From: Pseudomonadota bacterium
GTDB lineage: Archaea; Thermoplasmatota; SW-10-69-26; JACQPN01; JAJPHT01
Direction of reading: 5' to 3'
Length of the DNA stretch: 41,529 nt
Assembly: GCA_021325135.1 (NCBI GenBank)
Contig: JAJPHT010000023.1
Location: 1-41,529 of the forward strand
The notes below the pieces were generated by a model. That model was not told the DNA's origin, made no database searches, and saw nothing but the letters and a program-made list of their open reading frames with translations. The translations under genes and the position numbers were made by a program. Positions 25,707 through 34,762 of this stretch are shown piece by piece. The first letter of the stretch is position 1; the number at the start of each line of letters is the position of its first letter.

Positions 25707-26470
25707 GGCCAGACGCGGGCGCCCAGCCTGGCCCGGATCCACCCGGGGGGGCGGAAGGCCATGATCACGAGAAGGGGCGCCGCCAGGGCGATGAGGGAGT
25801 TCAAGGCCTGGAGGGCGGCGGAGTCCGGGTACTTCTGCTGGAGCTGGAGGATGGAGCTCACCGTCGACCAGCCGAACCACACGAGGAAGGAGCCGGCGAC
25901 GAGGGCGACGCGGAAGCGCTGCTCGCCGCCTTCGGTGCGGAAGAAGAGGGAGCCGTACCCCACCGCCGCCAGGACGACGGGCACCGAGAGGAGGAGCCCC
26001 AGCGCGATGGCGGGCGCGCCCACGAGCTGCCGCGTGTACTGCAGGGTCAGCGAGGGGGAGCTCTCGTCGTACCCCGTGGGCTGCATCCACGCGACGAGGT
26101 ACATGAGCGCGATGCCCAGCGCGACGTAAGCGCCCACGATGGGCCAGTAGGAGCGCGAGCTTCCGGTGTAAAGATAGACCAGGTAGTAGACGAGGGCGCC
26201 GATGGCGACGGCGATGAGGAAGAGGAGGACGTTGAGCAGCGTGATGACCATGGCGAGGTCGCGATAGCCGAACGCGGCGGGGATGCTGTACGCGCCCGCG
26301 AGGAACTCCACGGCTCCGAAGGCGCCCCACCAGAATGCGAAGGCGTGGTTGGCGCGCTGCGCGTCCGCGGAGGTCGGGCGGGCCAGGACGAGCCTTGCCA
26401 CGTAGGCGTAGAGCGCGCCGGTCGCCAGCGCGACGAGCCCCTGGACGGCAAGACGCAGGATGAACGCCAC
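25688..26470 (-). CDS. Polytopic (~7 TM) membrane protein of unknown function
   Basis: About seven hydrophobic helices from GTG 26470; C-terminal AFRPPGWIR. Confidence 0.75.
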   Translation of the reverse strand: MAFILRLAVQGLVALATGALYAYVARLVLARPTSADAQRANHAFAFWWGAFGAVEFLAGAYSIPAAFGYRDLAMVITLLNVLLFLIAVAIGALVYYLVYLYTGSSRSYWPIVGAYVALGIALMYLVAWMQPTGYDESSPSLTLQYTRQLVGAPAIALGLLLSVPVVLAAVGYGSLFFRTEGGEQRFRVALVAGSFLVWFGWSTVSSILQLQQKYPDSAALQALNSLIALAAPLLVIMAFRPPGWIRARLGARVWPQPPGT

Positions 26471-26594
26471 GTGCCTAGCCCACCCCTGGTTGGCTCCCAT
26501 CATGCTTGAACGCCTTGCTTCGGCCTCGGGGAGAGGGCCTCCGGAGCCTCCCGACACCCTCAAGTCCCCGGCCCGGCTTGCCCGCGCGACCAGC

Positions 26595-27959
26595 ATGGTG
26601 GACATCGAGATCCGGCCTGTGGGCGGATACAGCGACTTCGGTCGCAACATGACCTGCGTGCGCGTGGGTCGCGAGGCCGTGATCCTTGACATGGGCATCC
26701 GGCTCGATCGCATCCTGCTCGACGAGGAGAACGTCCTTGACGAGATGCACCCGGCGGACCTCCAGAAGCTGGGCGCGATCCCCGACGACACGGTCCTCAA
26801 GGACCTGGGCGCCAAGGTGGTGGCCATCGTCATCGGCCACGCGCACCTGGACCACGTGGGGGCCGTCTCCAAGCTCGCGGGGCACTTCCCCGACGCGCCC
26901 ATCTACGGCACGCCCTACACGATCCGCTTCATCGAGAACCAGACGACGGAGTTCCAGAAGGGGGGCAAGAAGCGCCGCCTCATCCCCAACCGCCTGGTGG
27001 AGACGGAGACGGGCCGCATCGTCAACCTCACCAAGGGCATCCGCCTGGAGCTCGTCCACGTCACGCACAGCATCGTGCAGAGCGCGTTCCCCGTGCTCCA
27101 CACCGACGCGGGCGCCATCGTGTACGCCGCGGACTACAAGTTCGACAACGCCCCGGTGATCGGCAAGCGCCCCGACTACCGCCGCCTCTCCAGCCTCGCC
27201 AACGAGGGCGTCGCCGCGCTCATCGTGGAGAGCACCAACGCGGGCAAGGAGACGAAGACGCCCAGCGAGACCATCGCCCGCGACATGCTCAAGGACTTCC
27301 TCTTCGGCGTCGAGAACGACCGCGCCGGCATCGTCGTCACCACCTTCAGCAGCCACATCGCGCGCCTCCAGAGCATCTGCGAGTTCGCCGACGAGATGGG
27401 CCGCACGCCGCTCCTCTTGGGCCGCAGCATGGACAAGTACACCAGCATCGCGCGCGACCTCAACCTCATCGACCTGCCCTCCAACGTGGAGATCGCGGGC
27501 CACTCCCGCGCCACGCAGGGCATCCTCAAGCGCATCGCCAAGGACCGCGACCAGTACGTGCTCATCGGCACGGGCCACCAGGGCGAGCCGGGCTCGTTCC
27601 TGCCGCGCCTCGCCAGCGGCGAGTTCCCCTTCGAGATCCAGAAGCACGACGAGGTCATCTTCAGCGCGAACACCATCCCGCACCCGCAGAACGTGGCCAA
27701 CCGCTACGTGCTGGAGACGAAGCTCAAGATGCGCGGCGCGCGCATCATCAAGGGCGCCCACGTCTCGGGCCACGCCAGCAAGGTCGACCACCAGGAATTG
27801 CTGCGCATGCTGGAGCCCTCGCACATCTTCCCCATGCACGGCGGCATCGACCTCCAGAGCGAGTTCGTGGAGCTGGCCACCGGCGAGGGCTACCGCCTCA
27901 ACGAGAGCGCGCACATCCTCCGCAACGGCGACCGGCACCGCCTCGGGGGCCGGGTTTGA
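26595..27959 (+). CDS. rnj: Ribonuclease J (beta-CASP metallo-beta-lactamase)
   Basis: GGYSDFGRNM, DMG, HAHLDHVG, THSI, DYKFD, ESTN, TTFSSHIAR, TGHQGEP, HVSGH, PMHG. Confidence 0.95.
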   Translation: MVDIEIRPVGGYSDFGRNMTCVRVGREAVILDMGIRLDRILLDEENVLDEMHPADLQKLGAIPDDTVLKDLGAKVVAIVIGHAHLDHVGAVSKLAGHFPDAPIYGTPYTIRFIENQTTEFQKGGKKRRLIPNRLVETETGRIVNLTKGIRLELVHVTHSIVQSAFPVLHTDAGAIVYAADYKFDNAPVIGKRPDYRRLSSLANEGVAALIVESTNAGKETKTPSETIARDMLKDFLFGVENDRAGIVVTTFSSHIARLQSICEFADEMGRTPLLLGRSMDKYTSIARDLNLIDLPSNVEIAGHSRATQGILKRIAKDRDQYVLIGTGHQGEPGSFLPRLASGEFPFEIQKHDEVIFSANTIPHPQNVANRYVLETKLKMRGARIIKGAHVSGHASKVDHQELLRMLEPSHIFPMHGGIDLQSEFVELATGEGYRLNESAHILRNGDRHRLGGRV

Positions 27960-28008
27960 GCATCGTCGGCGGCGGCGCCTCAGCGCGCGCCATCGGAGGA
28001 AGGTCCGG

Positions 28009-28983
28009 ATGATCGGGCTGGACTCGTATCGGAAGATCGTCGACCACGCCCTCCCCTCCTGCTTCGAAGGCATCCGCCCCCAGGCGCTCCACGACGCCAC
28101 CATGTGGTACCCCGAGGCGGGCGGCAAGCGGCTGCGCCCCGTCATGGCGCTCCTCGCCTGCGAGGCCTCCGGAGGGAGCGTCGAGGACGCGCTCCCCGTC
28201 GCGCTGGCCGTGGAATTGGTGCACAACTTCAGCCTCGTGCACGACGACATCATGGACCACGACGCGACGCGACGCGGCCGCGCGACCGTCCACACCCGGT
28301 GGGACGAGGCGACGGCCATCCTCGCGGGGGACGTGCTCTTCGCGCGCGCCTTCGAGGTGCTCGCCCGCATCCCCGACCCCGCCGCGCACCAGGAGGCCAG
28401 CCGGCTCCTCAGCGTCGCCATCCGCCGCCTCTGCGAAGGGCAGGCCATGGACGTCGCCTTCGAGAAGCGCAAGGACGTCACCACCGCGGAGTACCTCGAC
28501 ATGATCGGCGGCAAGACCGCCGTCCTCTTCGCCGCCGCGTGCCACGGGGGCGCCCTCAGCGCGAAGCGCACCAACCGCGCGGCCATCGAGGCGCTGGACC
28601 GCTTCGGCGACGCGTTCGGCATGGCGTTCCAGATCGCCGACGACCTGCTGGACGTCACCGCGGACAGCCAGACCATGGGCAAGCCGTGGGGCAGCGACGT
28701 GCGCGCCGGCAAGCAGACCGTCCTCGTGCTGGAGGCGCTCGCGCGCGCGGACGCCGCGCAGCGCCGCGCGCTGGACGCCGCGCTGGGCAACCCCAAGGCG
28801 ACCGACGAGGAGGTGCGCCGCGCGGTGGACGCCATGCGCGCCAGCGGCGCCCTCGCCGCGGCCGAGGCGCTGCGCGACCGCCACGCTCAGGCCGCCGCCG
28901 ACGCCATCGCGCCCCTGGCGGAGACGCCCGCGAAGCGCGCGCTCCTCTCCCTCAACGAGTGGGCCCGGACGCGCTCGTACTGA
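28009..28983 (+). CDS. idsA: Geranylgeranyl diphosphate synthase (archaeal type I polyprenyl synthase)
   Basis: GGKRLRP, FARM FSLVHDDIMD with Phe at -5, RRG, GQAMD, KT, SARM FQIADDLLD; rnj-idsA adjacency is typical of archaea. Confidence 0.92.
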   Translation: MIGLDSYRKIVDHALPSCFEGIRPQALHDATMWYPEAGGKRLRPVMALLACEASGGSVEDALPVALAVELVHNFSLVHDDIMDHDATRRGRATVHTRWDEATAILAGDVLFARAFEVLARIPDPAAHQEASRLLSVAIRRLCEGQAMDVAFEKRKDVTTAEYLDMIGGKTAVLFAAACHGGALSAKRTNRAAIEALDRFGDAFGMAFQIADDLLDVTADSQTMGKPWGSDVRAGKQTVLVLEALARADAAQRRALDAALGNPKATDEEVRRAVDAMRASGALAAAEALRDRHAQAAADAIAPLAETPAKRALLSLNEWARTRSY

Positions 28984-28984
28984 G

Positions 28985-29461
28985 CTAAAGCCGCTGCCCC
29001 TCGATGGTGGCGCCCGCTTCCAGGTAGACCGCGACGAAGGAGCCCGCGGAGCCGGTGGTCCAGCGCACCTGCATCCGGAAGTCGCTGCTGCTCTGCGGCA
29101 CGGCCAGCGGGAAGATGCACTCGGTGCGGGCGGGCGAGGTGGGCTCGCACGCGGCGCTCAGCAGCGTCTTCTTCGTCACCACGTTGTCCAGGAAGAAGCT
29201 CGCGTTGGCGTGCCCCACGATCTCGACGCGCACCCAGTGGGCGTTCTGCCCCGGGCCCTCGACGACGCACGAGTTGAACGTGTCCGTGAAGCAGTCCGTC
29301 GAGCCGGGCTCGGTGTAGAGCACCGAGTAGTAGAGGATGGGATCGAAGTTGAGCTTGCCCTGCTCCGGGCTCTTCCAGGTGAACAGCATCGGCGGCTGCG
29401 CCGAGCCCACGGGCAGCATGGCGACCGCCAGCAGGAGCACCAGGCACGCGCGTCCCATCAT
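28985..29461 (-). CDS. Secreted hypothetical protein (Cys pairs, beta-rich)
   Basis: GGAGGGTG SD, signal peptide ...PVGSA, four Cys in the mature part. Confidence 0.7.
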   Translation of the reverse strand: MMGRACLVLLLAVAMLPVGSAQPPMLFTWKSPEQGKLNFDPILYYSVLYTEPGSTDCFTDTFNSCVVEGPGQNAHWVRVEIVGHANASFFLDNVVTKKTLLSAACEPTSPARTECIFPLAVPQSSSDFRMQVRWTTGSAGSFVAVYLEAGATIEGQRL

Positions 29462-29603
29462 CGACTCACCCCACCCTCCGAGGACGCATTCCCTTTCTCG
29501 TGAGAGCGTGTTTCTTCCTCAGCGGGTCCGTGGCGCCGGAGCGGGGACCACGGAGCGCCTGGGCGAGGTACATTTTCAACGTGCGTTTGCGCCGTGCTGC
29601 TTC

Positions 29604-29801
29604 ATGGCCGGGAACGCCCTTCCCGGTGGGGTGCCAAACGGTCTGGACGTGGGGAGCTTCGTGGCCGGGGTCGCCGCGGGAGCCGCGGGCGGAGGGCTCG
29701 CCAGGGGGCTCCTCCGTCGCGTGCGCGTCCGGCTTCGCCTCGACCTCGCGCTGCGCGAGGCGCCTCGCCCGCGTCAGGTGCGCCGCCGGGGCCCGCGTTG
29801 A
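29604..29801 (+). CDS. Small single-TM protein (65 aa) with Arg-rich tail
   Basis: MAGNALPGGVPNGLDVGSFVAGVAAGAAGGGLARGLLRRVRVRLRLDL...; TATA-like acattttcaa ~25 nt upstream. Confidence 0.45.
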   Translation: MAGNALPGGVPNGLDVGSFVAGVAAGAAGGGLARGLLRRVRVRLRLDLALREAPRPRQVRRRGPR

Positions 29802-29860
29802 CGCAGAGGGCCTTGCTGCTGGCGCAAGCCTGGCGAAGCCTGCTCCGAAAGGCCGCCGCC

Positions 29861-30358
29861 TCAGTCGAACTGCGTCGGGTCCTTGAGGTACGCGATGTTG
29901 TCCAGCGCGACCTCGCACGACTCGCGGACCTCGCGCGCGGGGTCGTCGCGCTTGGCGCGCTCCAGCACGGGGATCACCTTGTCGGTGGCGTCCCACATGT
30001 TGCCCAGCGCCTCGGCGGCCTCGTGGCGCACCATGGGGGAGGGGTCCTCCTGGAGCTGGCGCACGAGGTGGGGGATGGCCTTGCTGCCCTGGAGCTGGCC
30101 CAGCACGTAGGCGGCCTCGTGGCGCACCAGGGCGCTCTCGTCCTCGAACATGGCCCGGGCGATGACGCGGATGGCCTCCTCGCTGCCCTCGTGGCGCAGG
30201 CTGAAGAGGGCGCGATAGCGCTGGAACATGGAGAGGCTCGTGTTGAAGAGGCGCGCCTCCAGCTCGGGCACGGTGGTCTCGGGCGCCAGGGGCGCGGGGT
30301 CCACCGTCTCGAACTCGCTGGAGTGCCCGGGGCTCGCGGGCTGCGGCTGCTGGGACAT
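29861..30358 (-). CDS. Half-size deoxyhypusine hydroxylase (DOHH)-like HEAT-repeat protein
   Basis: VDPAP, FQRYRALFSLR, SALVRHEAAYVLGQLQ, PMVRHEAAEALG, VRESCEVALD are collinear with the C-terminal half of eukaryotic DOHH. Own promoter-like gttgaag ~26 nt upstream. Confidence 0.85.
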   Translation of the reverse strand: MSQQPQPASPGHSSEFETVDPAPLAPETTVPELEARLFNTSLSMFQRYRALFSLRHEGSEEAIRVIARAMFEDESALVRHEAAYVLGQLQGSKAIPHLVRQLQEDPSPMVRHEAAEALGNMWDATDKVIPVLERAKRDDPAREVRESCEVALDNIAYLKDPTQFD

Positions 30359-30440
30359 GGAGCGCGCCACACGGGGGCCCCGTCTTCAACCCATCGGCGG
30401 TCCCATCACGTTGAAGCGCGGGCCCCCGCATCGCGGCGCC

Positions 30441-32276
30441 GTGGCCCCCGCCCGCGTCGTGAGCGCCCCCGCGTCGGGGCACGCGTACATGCGGGACCTG
30501 CTGGCGACGAGCCTGCTGGCGGCCGGGGTGGGCGCGCTCACGGGGCTCGTGGCGGTGGGCGTGCGGCTGGCCATCGCGTTCGTGACGAACCTGGCCTTCC
30601 GCGGGCAGGTCGACCTCGTCTTCCACAGCCCGGCGGAGAACGGCCTGGGCCTCTGGCTCGTCGTCGTGCCCGCCGCGGGCGCGCTCCTGGCGTACCTCGT
30701 CGTGCGCTTCGTCGCGCGGGACCACCGCATCCGCGGCTCCAGCGAGATCGTGCGCAGCGTGGCCGTGCAGCGGGGCGAGGTCTCGCCCGTGCGCCTCGCG
30801 GGGCACGCCACGGCCACCATCGTCTCGGTGGGCGCGGGCGGCAGCGCGGGGCGCGAGGGCGCCATGGTGCAGCTTGGCGCCGCGCTGGGCATGGTGGCCA
30901 GCCGCGTCATCGGCGCCTCCACGCGCCACCGCAAGCTCCTCCTCGCCGCGGGCGGAGGCGCGGCCATCGGCGCGACGTTCAACACGCCCATCGCGGGCGT
31001 CATCTTCGCCATGGAGGTCATCCTCCTGGAGTGGAGCACGCGCGCCTTCATCCCCCTCGTCGTGGCCAGCGCCATGGGCACGCTGGTCGCGACGAGCTTC
31101 CTGGGCAGCGAGCCCGCGTTCCCCATCCCGCGCTACGAGCTGGTCTCGGGCCGCGAGCTGTTCCTCTACATCCTCCTGGGCGTGCTGGCGGGCCTCCTCG
31201 CCATCGCGCTCTCGCGCATCCTGGCCTACAGCGACGCCCTCTTCGCCAGCGTGCCCGGCCCCGAGTGGATCGCCCACGTCTGGGGCGGCCTCCTCCTGGG
31301 CATCATCGGCCTCGCCGCGCCGCGCGTGCTGGGCGTCGGCTACGAGACGGTGGAGCCCGTGCTCAGCGGCGACTTCGTCGTGACGGGCCTGGCGCTTCTC
31401 CTCGTGGCGAAGCTCTTCGCCTACGCCATCACGCGCGGCTCCACCGGCTCCAGCGGCGCGTTCTCGCCCAGCTTCTTCCTGGGCAGCGCGCTGGGCGGCA
31501 TCTTCGGCGCGCTCGCGCACCTCGCCTTCCCCGACTGGACGGGCACGGCGGGCGCCTACGCCCTCGTGGGCATGGCCGCCGTGTACGCCGCCATCACGCG
31601 CGCCTCGCTCACGGCGCTGGTCATGCTCTACGAGATGACGCACACGTTCAGCATCATCATCCCCCTCATGCTGGCCATCGTCGTCGCGGACGCGCTATCA
31701 AAAGCCTACGGCGCGCCGGCGTACTTCCGCGGCGGCAAGGCGGGCGAGCGCAGCCTGGAGGCGGACGCCAGCGCGAACATCCTCGACCTCGTGGCCGTGG
31801 GCGACATCATGTCGAAGCCCGTGGAGACGGTGCGCGACGACGCGCCCGTGCGCAGCGTGGTGGAGAAGCGCTTCGCCACGGGCCACCAGGGCTACCCCGT
31901 CGTGGACGCGGAGGGGCGCCTCGTCGGCATCGTCACCAGCACCGACATGCGCCGCAAGGTCACGGACACCGACCTGGACCGCCCCGTGCGCGAGTTCATG
32001 ACGCCCGACCCCGCGACGGTGCTCCCCGACGCTACCGCGCACGAGGCGTTGACCGAGATGGTGCGCCTCGACGTGGGCCACCTGCCGGTGGTGGAGCGCC
32101 GCGATCCGCGCCGCCTCGTGGGCATGCTCACACGCACGGACCTCGTGGGCGTCGAGCGGCGCCGCCTCGCCGAGGAGGAGCCTGCGGAGCCCCTCATCAC
32201 GCCGCGCACGTTCCGCGAGCGCGTCAAGGAGGCGCGCGACCGCATGCGCCGGGGCCGGGAGCGCGCGGAGGACTAA
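30441..32276 (+). CDS. CLC chloride channel/antiporter with C-terminal CBS pair
   Basis: GGSAGREG, ATFNTPIAGVIFA.E, LVGMAA, YEMT, then two CBS domains. Start GTG 30441 (alternative ATG 30489). Confidence 0.92.
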   Translation: MAPARVVSAPASGHAYMRDLLATSLLAAGVGALTGLVAVGVRLAIAFVTNLAFRGQVDLVFHSPAENGLGLWLVVVPAAGALLAYLVVRFVARDHRIRGSSEIVRSVAVQRGEVSPVRLAGHATATIVSVGAGGSAGREGAMVQLGAALGMVASRVIGASTRHRKLLLAAGGGAAIGATFNTPIAGVIFAMEVILLEWSTRAFIPLVVASAMGTLVATSFLGSEPAFPIPRYELVSGRELFLYILLGVLAGLLAIALSRILAYSDALFASVPGPEWIAHVWGGLLLGIIGLAAPRVLGVGYETVEPVLSGDFVVTGLALLLVAKLFAYAITRGSTGSSGAFSPSFFLGSALGGIFGALAHLAFPDWTGTAGAYALVGMAAVYAAITRASLTALVMLYEMTHTFSIIIPLMLAIVVADALSKAYGAPAYFRGGKAGERSLEADASANILDLVAVGDIMSKPVETVRDDAPVRSVVEKRFATGHQGYPVVDAEGRLVGIVTSTDMRRKVTDTDLDRPVREFMTPDPATVLPDATAHEALTEMVRLDVGHLPVVERRDPRRLVGMLTRTDLVGVERRRLAEEEPAEPLITPRTFRERVKEARDRMRRGRERAED

Positions 32277-32345
32277 CCCCCTCGCCCCGCGGGACGCGAG
32301 ATGTAAGCACGCAAGGCTTTTCGCCCGGTCCGGGGCTCGAAGGCC

Positions 32346-32951
32346 GTGCGGAGGTGGCTTGCCGCGCTCGTCCTGCTGGGCGGCGCGGCCTGGATCGGGC
32401 TGATGGGCTGGGCCGTCGCCCGCGGCGGCGCGTCGTCGGCCTACGCCTTCGTCCCCGGCCTCGCCCTGTGCGTCGTGGGGCTCCTCCACCTTCTTCCGGA
32501 CCGGCGACCCCTCGAGCCGCACGAGGTGCGCGTCGAGCCCCAGCCTCTCGTGAGCCCGCGCCCGCGCGACCCGCCGGAGGGCAAGCCGCCCGTCATCTGG
32601 ACCTACGGCGGCCGCGGCTGGGACCCGACGCACCCCCTGGGCCCCTACCGCATGCTGCCGCCCCGGCCGATGCGCGAGCCTCGCGAGTCCGACACGATCC
32701 GCCTGGACGTGCGGCCCGGCGTCCCCGACGCGCGCGTGGGGCGGGCCGTCCGCGCGGCCTGCCGCGCCGCGCGCAGGCGCCTCCCCCACCGCGGCGGCGT
32801 GCGCGCCCACGTGGAGGTGGCCCCGGACCTCGACGGCGGCCCGCGCGCGCTCCAGGCCAGGCTGGAGATCCACGCCGTCATCCTCCACGCCGAGGACCGC
32901 GAGGCGTGCGTCGAAGGCTTCCGCGCGGAGCTTGCGCGCCGGCTCGCCTAG
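32346..32951 (+). CDS. Hypothetical membrane protein (2 N-terminal TM)
   Basis: Two hydrophobic helices then a Pro/Arg-rich soluble part; promoter-like aaggctttt upstream. Confidence 0.6.
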   Translation: MRRWLAALVLLGGAAWIGLMGWAVARGGASSAYAFVPGLALCVVGLLHLLPDRRPLEPHEVRVEPQPLVSPRPRDPPEGKPPVIWTYGGRGWDPTHPLGPYRMLPPRPMREPRESDTIRLDVRPGVPDARVGRAVRAACRAARRRLPHRGGVRAHVEVAPDLDGGPRALQARLEIHAVILHAEDREACVEGFRAELARRLA

Positions 32952-33032
32952 CGCGGCCTTCGGAATGGGCTGCGCCTCCCGGACCTCCCGCTCAGAGAAG
33001 CCTTTATCGGATGAGCAAGGTAGGCGGCCCCC

Positions 33033-33521
33033 ATGAGCCATTGCACGGCCTGCGGCGGGGCCGTCACGGACGCGATGAACTTCTGCCCCTCCTGCGGCGC
33101 GGCGCTGCAGGTGGGCGCGGCGGCGCGTCCGCGCATCCTCCTGGAGGAGGTGGTGTACCGCTGCGAGTCGTGCGGCAAGGAGGCGCTCTACGGCGAGCTG
33201 GCCAAGTGCCGGACGTGCCACGACAAGACGTGCGCGGCGTGCACGGCGGTCTGCTCGACCTGCCAGGAGGCCACCTGCCCCAAGTGCCTCGTGGACTGCG
33301 AGGCGTGCCGCAAGATCGGGTGCCGGCGCTGCTTCGAGACGTGCGAGACGTGCCGCGTGAGGAGCATGTGCCCGGAGCACATGGACTGGTGCGACGACTG
33401 CCAGTACCCCACGTGCAGCGCGTGCTTCACCACCTGCGCGCGCTGCGAGCTGGACATCTGCACGCACTGCCGCGACGAGGCGCACGACCCCAAGCGGCGC
33501 GGCAAGCACGCGGCCGGGTGA
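33033..33521 (+). CDS. Zinc-ribbon plus tandem CxxC-repeat protein
   Basis: N-terminal CTAC...FCPSCG ribbon; 14 CxxC plus one CxxH in 162 aa; TATA gcctttat ~25 nt upstream. Confidence 0.8.
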   Translation: MSHCTACGGAVTDAMNFCPSCGAALQVGAAARPRILLEEVVYRCESCGKEALYGELAKCRTCHDKTCAACTAVCSTCQEATCPKCLVDCEACRKIGCRRCFETCETCRVRSMCPEHMDWCDDCQYPTCSACFTTCARCELDICTHCRDEAHDPKRRGKHAAG

Positions 33522-33527
33522 TCCCTC

Positions 33528-33866
33528 GTGGCCCCCAAGGGGAGGCGCGCCGCGGCGGCGCTGAGGCAGGACACGACGCCGGGGCGCGTGCTGGCCCTGG
33601 CGCTGGTCGCGAACCTGCCCGTCTTCCTGGCGTTCATCCTCCTGCCCCTCCTCGCCTCGGGCGACCGGCGCGCGGGGCTGTGGCTCTTGCCCTACGTCGT
33701 GTACGGCACGCCGCTGGTGGCCATCGGCAGCCTGGGCGTCTACCTGCGCGCGCCCCAGGAGCGCAAGCGGCACAACGCGTCGCGCCTGGGCCTCATGCTG
33801 GCCCTCGCGGCGCTCCTCCTCTGGCTGCTCGTCGTGCTCTCGCCGGGCCTACGCGGCGGGGCGTGA
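33528..33866 (+). CDS. Small membrane protein (3 TM)
   Basis: Three hydrophobic segments; follows the CxxC gene by 6 nt. Confidence 0.65.
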   Translation: MAPKGRRAAAALRQDTTPGRVLALALVANLPVFLAFILLPLLASGDRRAGLWLLPYVVYGTPLVAIGSLGVYLRAPQERKRHNASRLGLMLALAALLLWLLVVLSPGLRGGA

Positions 33867-34550
33867 GCGCGAGCGGACGCCCACGACCGCGCGCAGCAGC
33901 GCCGCCACGGCCTCCGCGACCAGGGCGCTCAGGAGCGCCACGAGGTAGATGCCGTCCAGCAGGCCGGCTCCCCCCAGGATGATGCGCCCCGCGCCGCCCG
34001 CGTCCGCCAGCGCGCGCAGGTGCATGACGTCCGCGCCCAGGAGCACGCCCACGCCGCCGCCCGCGAAGGCCGCCGCGCCCGCCGCCTCGGGGCGCCGGTG
34101 CAGCAGGCCCGCGGCCACGACGCCCACCACCAGCGCGGGGAGGCGGTACTGGAGCAGGATGCCGCGGTCGGGCACGACGCGGCTCGACGCGAACGCCACG
34201 AGGACACCGATGCCCACGACGACCACCGCCTCGGCCCCCGGGAGGCGCCGGTCCACGAGGACCTTCACGCCCACGGCGACGGGCACGACGCAGCCCGCCA
34301 GGTTGGCCGCCAGCGCGACGTGGGCCGAGACGTGCCCCAGGGGCGCGTCCACGAAGACCAGGAGCGGCGCCAGCGCCGCCACCAGCACGGACTCCAGCCG
34401 CGAGAGGCCCGCCGTCCGCAGCAGCCACGTCCCGACCACCGCCAGGAGCACGAGGGCCACGCCCACCACGGGCCACTCGGCCGGCGCAGGCGCGCCGCCG
34501 TGCCCGGTCGCCAAGGTGGCCAGCCGCGCGGCCCAAGGCAGGCTCGTCAT
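33849..34550 (-). CDS. DUF1614 family membrane protein
   Basis: AANLAGCVVP, GVLLGADVMHL, LGGAGLLDGIYL resemble DUF1614 motifs. Start 34550 or 34583. Confidence 0.75.
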   Translation of the reverse strand: MTSLPWAARLATLATGHGGAPAPAEWPVVGVALVLLAVVGTWLLRTAGLSRLESVLVAALAPLLVFVDAPLGHVSAHVALAANLAGCVVPVAVGVKVLVDRRLPGAEAVVVVGIGVLVAFASSRVVPDRGILLQYRLPALVVGVVAAGLLHRRPEAAGAAAFAGGGVGVLLGADVMHLRALADAGGAGRIILGGAGLLDGIYLVALLSALVAEAVAALLRAVVGVRSRSRPAA

Positions 34551-34658
34551 GCGCCCACCGGGGGCGCGAAGGGCGCTCTCCATTCTGGTACACCGGGCGC
34601 GGCCGGCCTGGAGCAAGGCTCGACGGCTCCGCACGCGGGGGGAACCCCACTCGCTCCT

Positions 34659-34746
34659 GCTGGGGCTCCGCCCCTGGAAACCCCGAATCTCCGAATCTCG
34701 GAATCACCGAGCGGAGACTCGGCGTATCAAGGGGCGGAGCCCCAGC
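34659..34746. repeat. Palindromic element family D (GGGGCTCCGCCCC / GGGGCGGAGCCCC arms)
   Basis: Perfect 17-bp arms 34659-34675 / 34730-34746 enclosing 8-nt periodic ccgaatct units. Related half-site at 325-355. Confidence 0.85.
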
Positions 34747-34762
34747 GACCCGAGAGCAGGGG

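Noticed and set aside
33207-33221. CxxCH (CRTCH) heme-c motif
   Set aside because: A single occurrence among many CxxC pairs in a protein with no export signal; better explained as zinc binding.
29594-33982. 1462-aa ORF and other very long Arg/Gly/Pro-rich ORFs (e.g. 26475..28835, 20089..22362, 21596..23764, 11473..13290)
   Set aside because: Shadow frames typical of high GC. They overlap or are antisense to well-supported genes and have no motifs.
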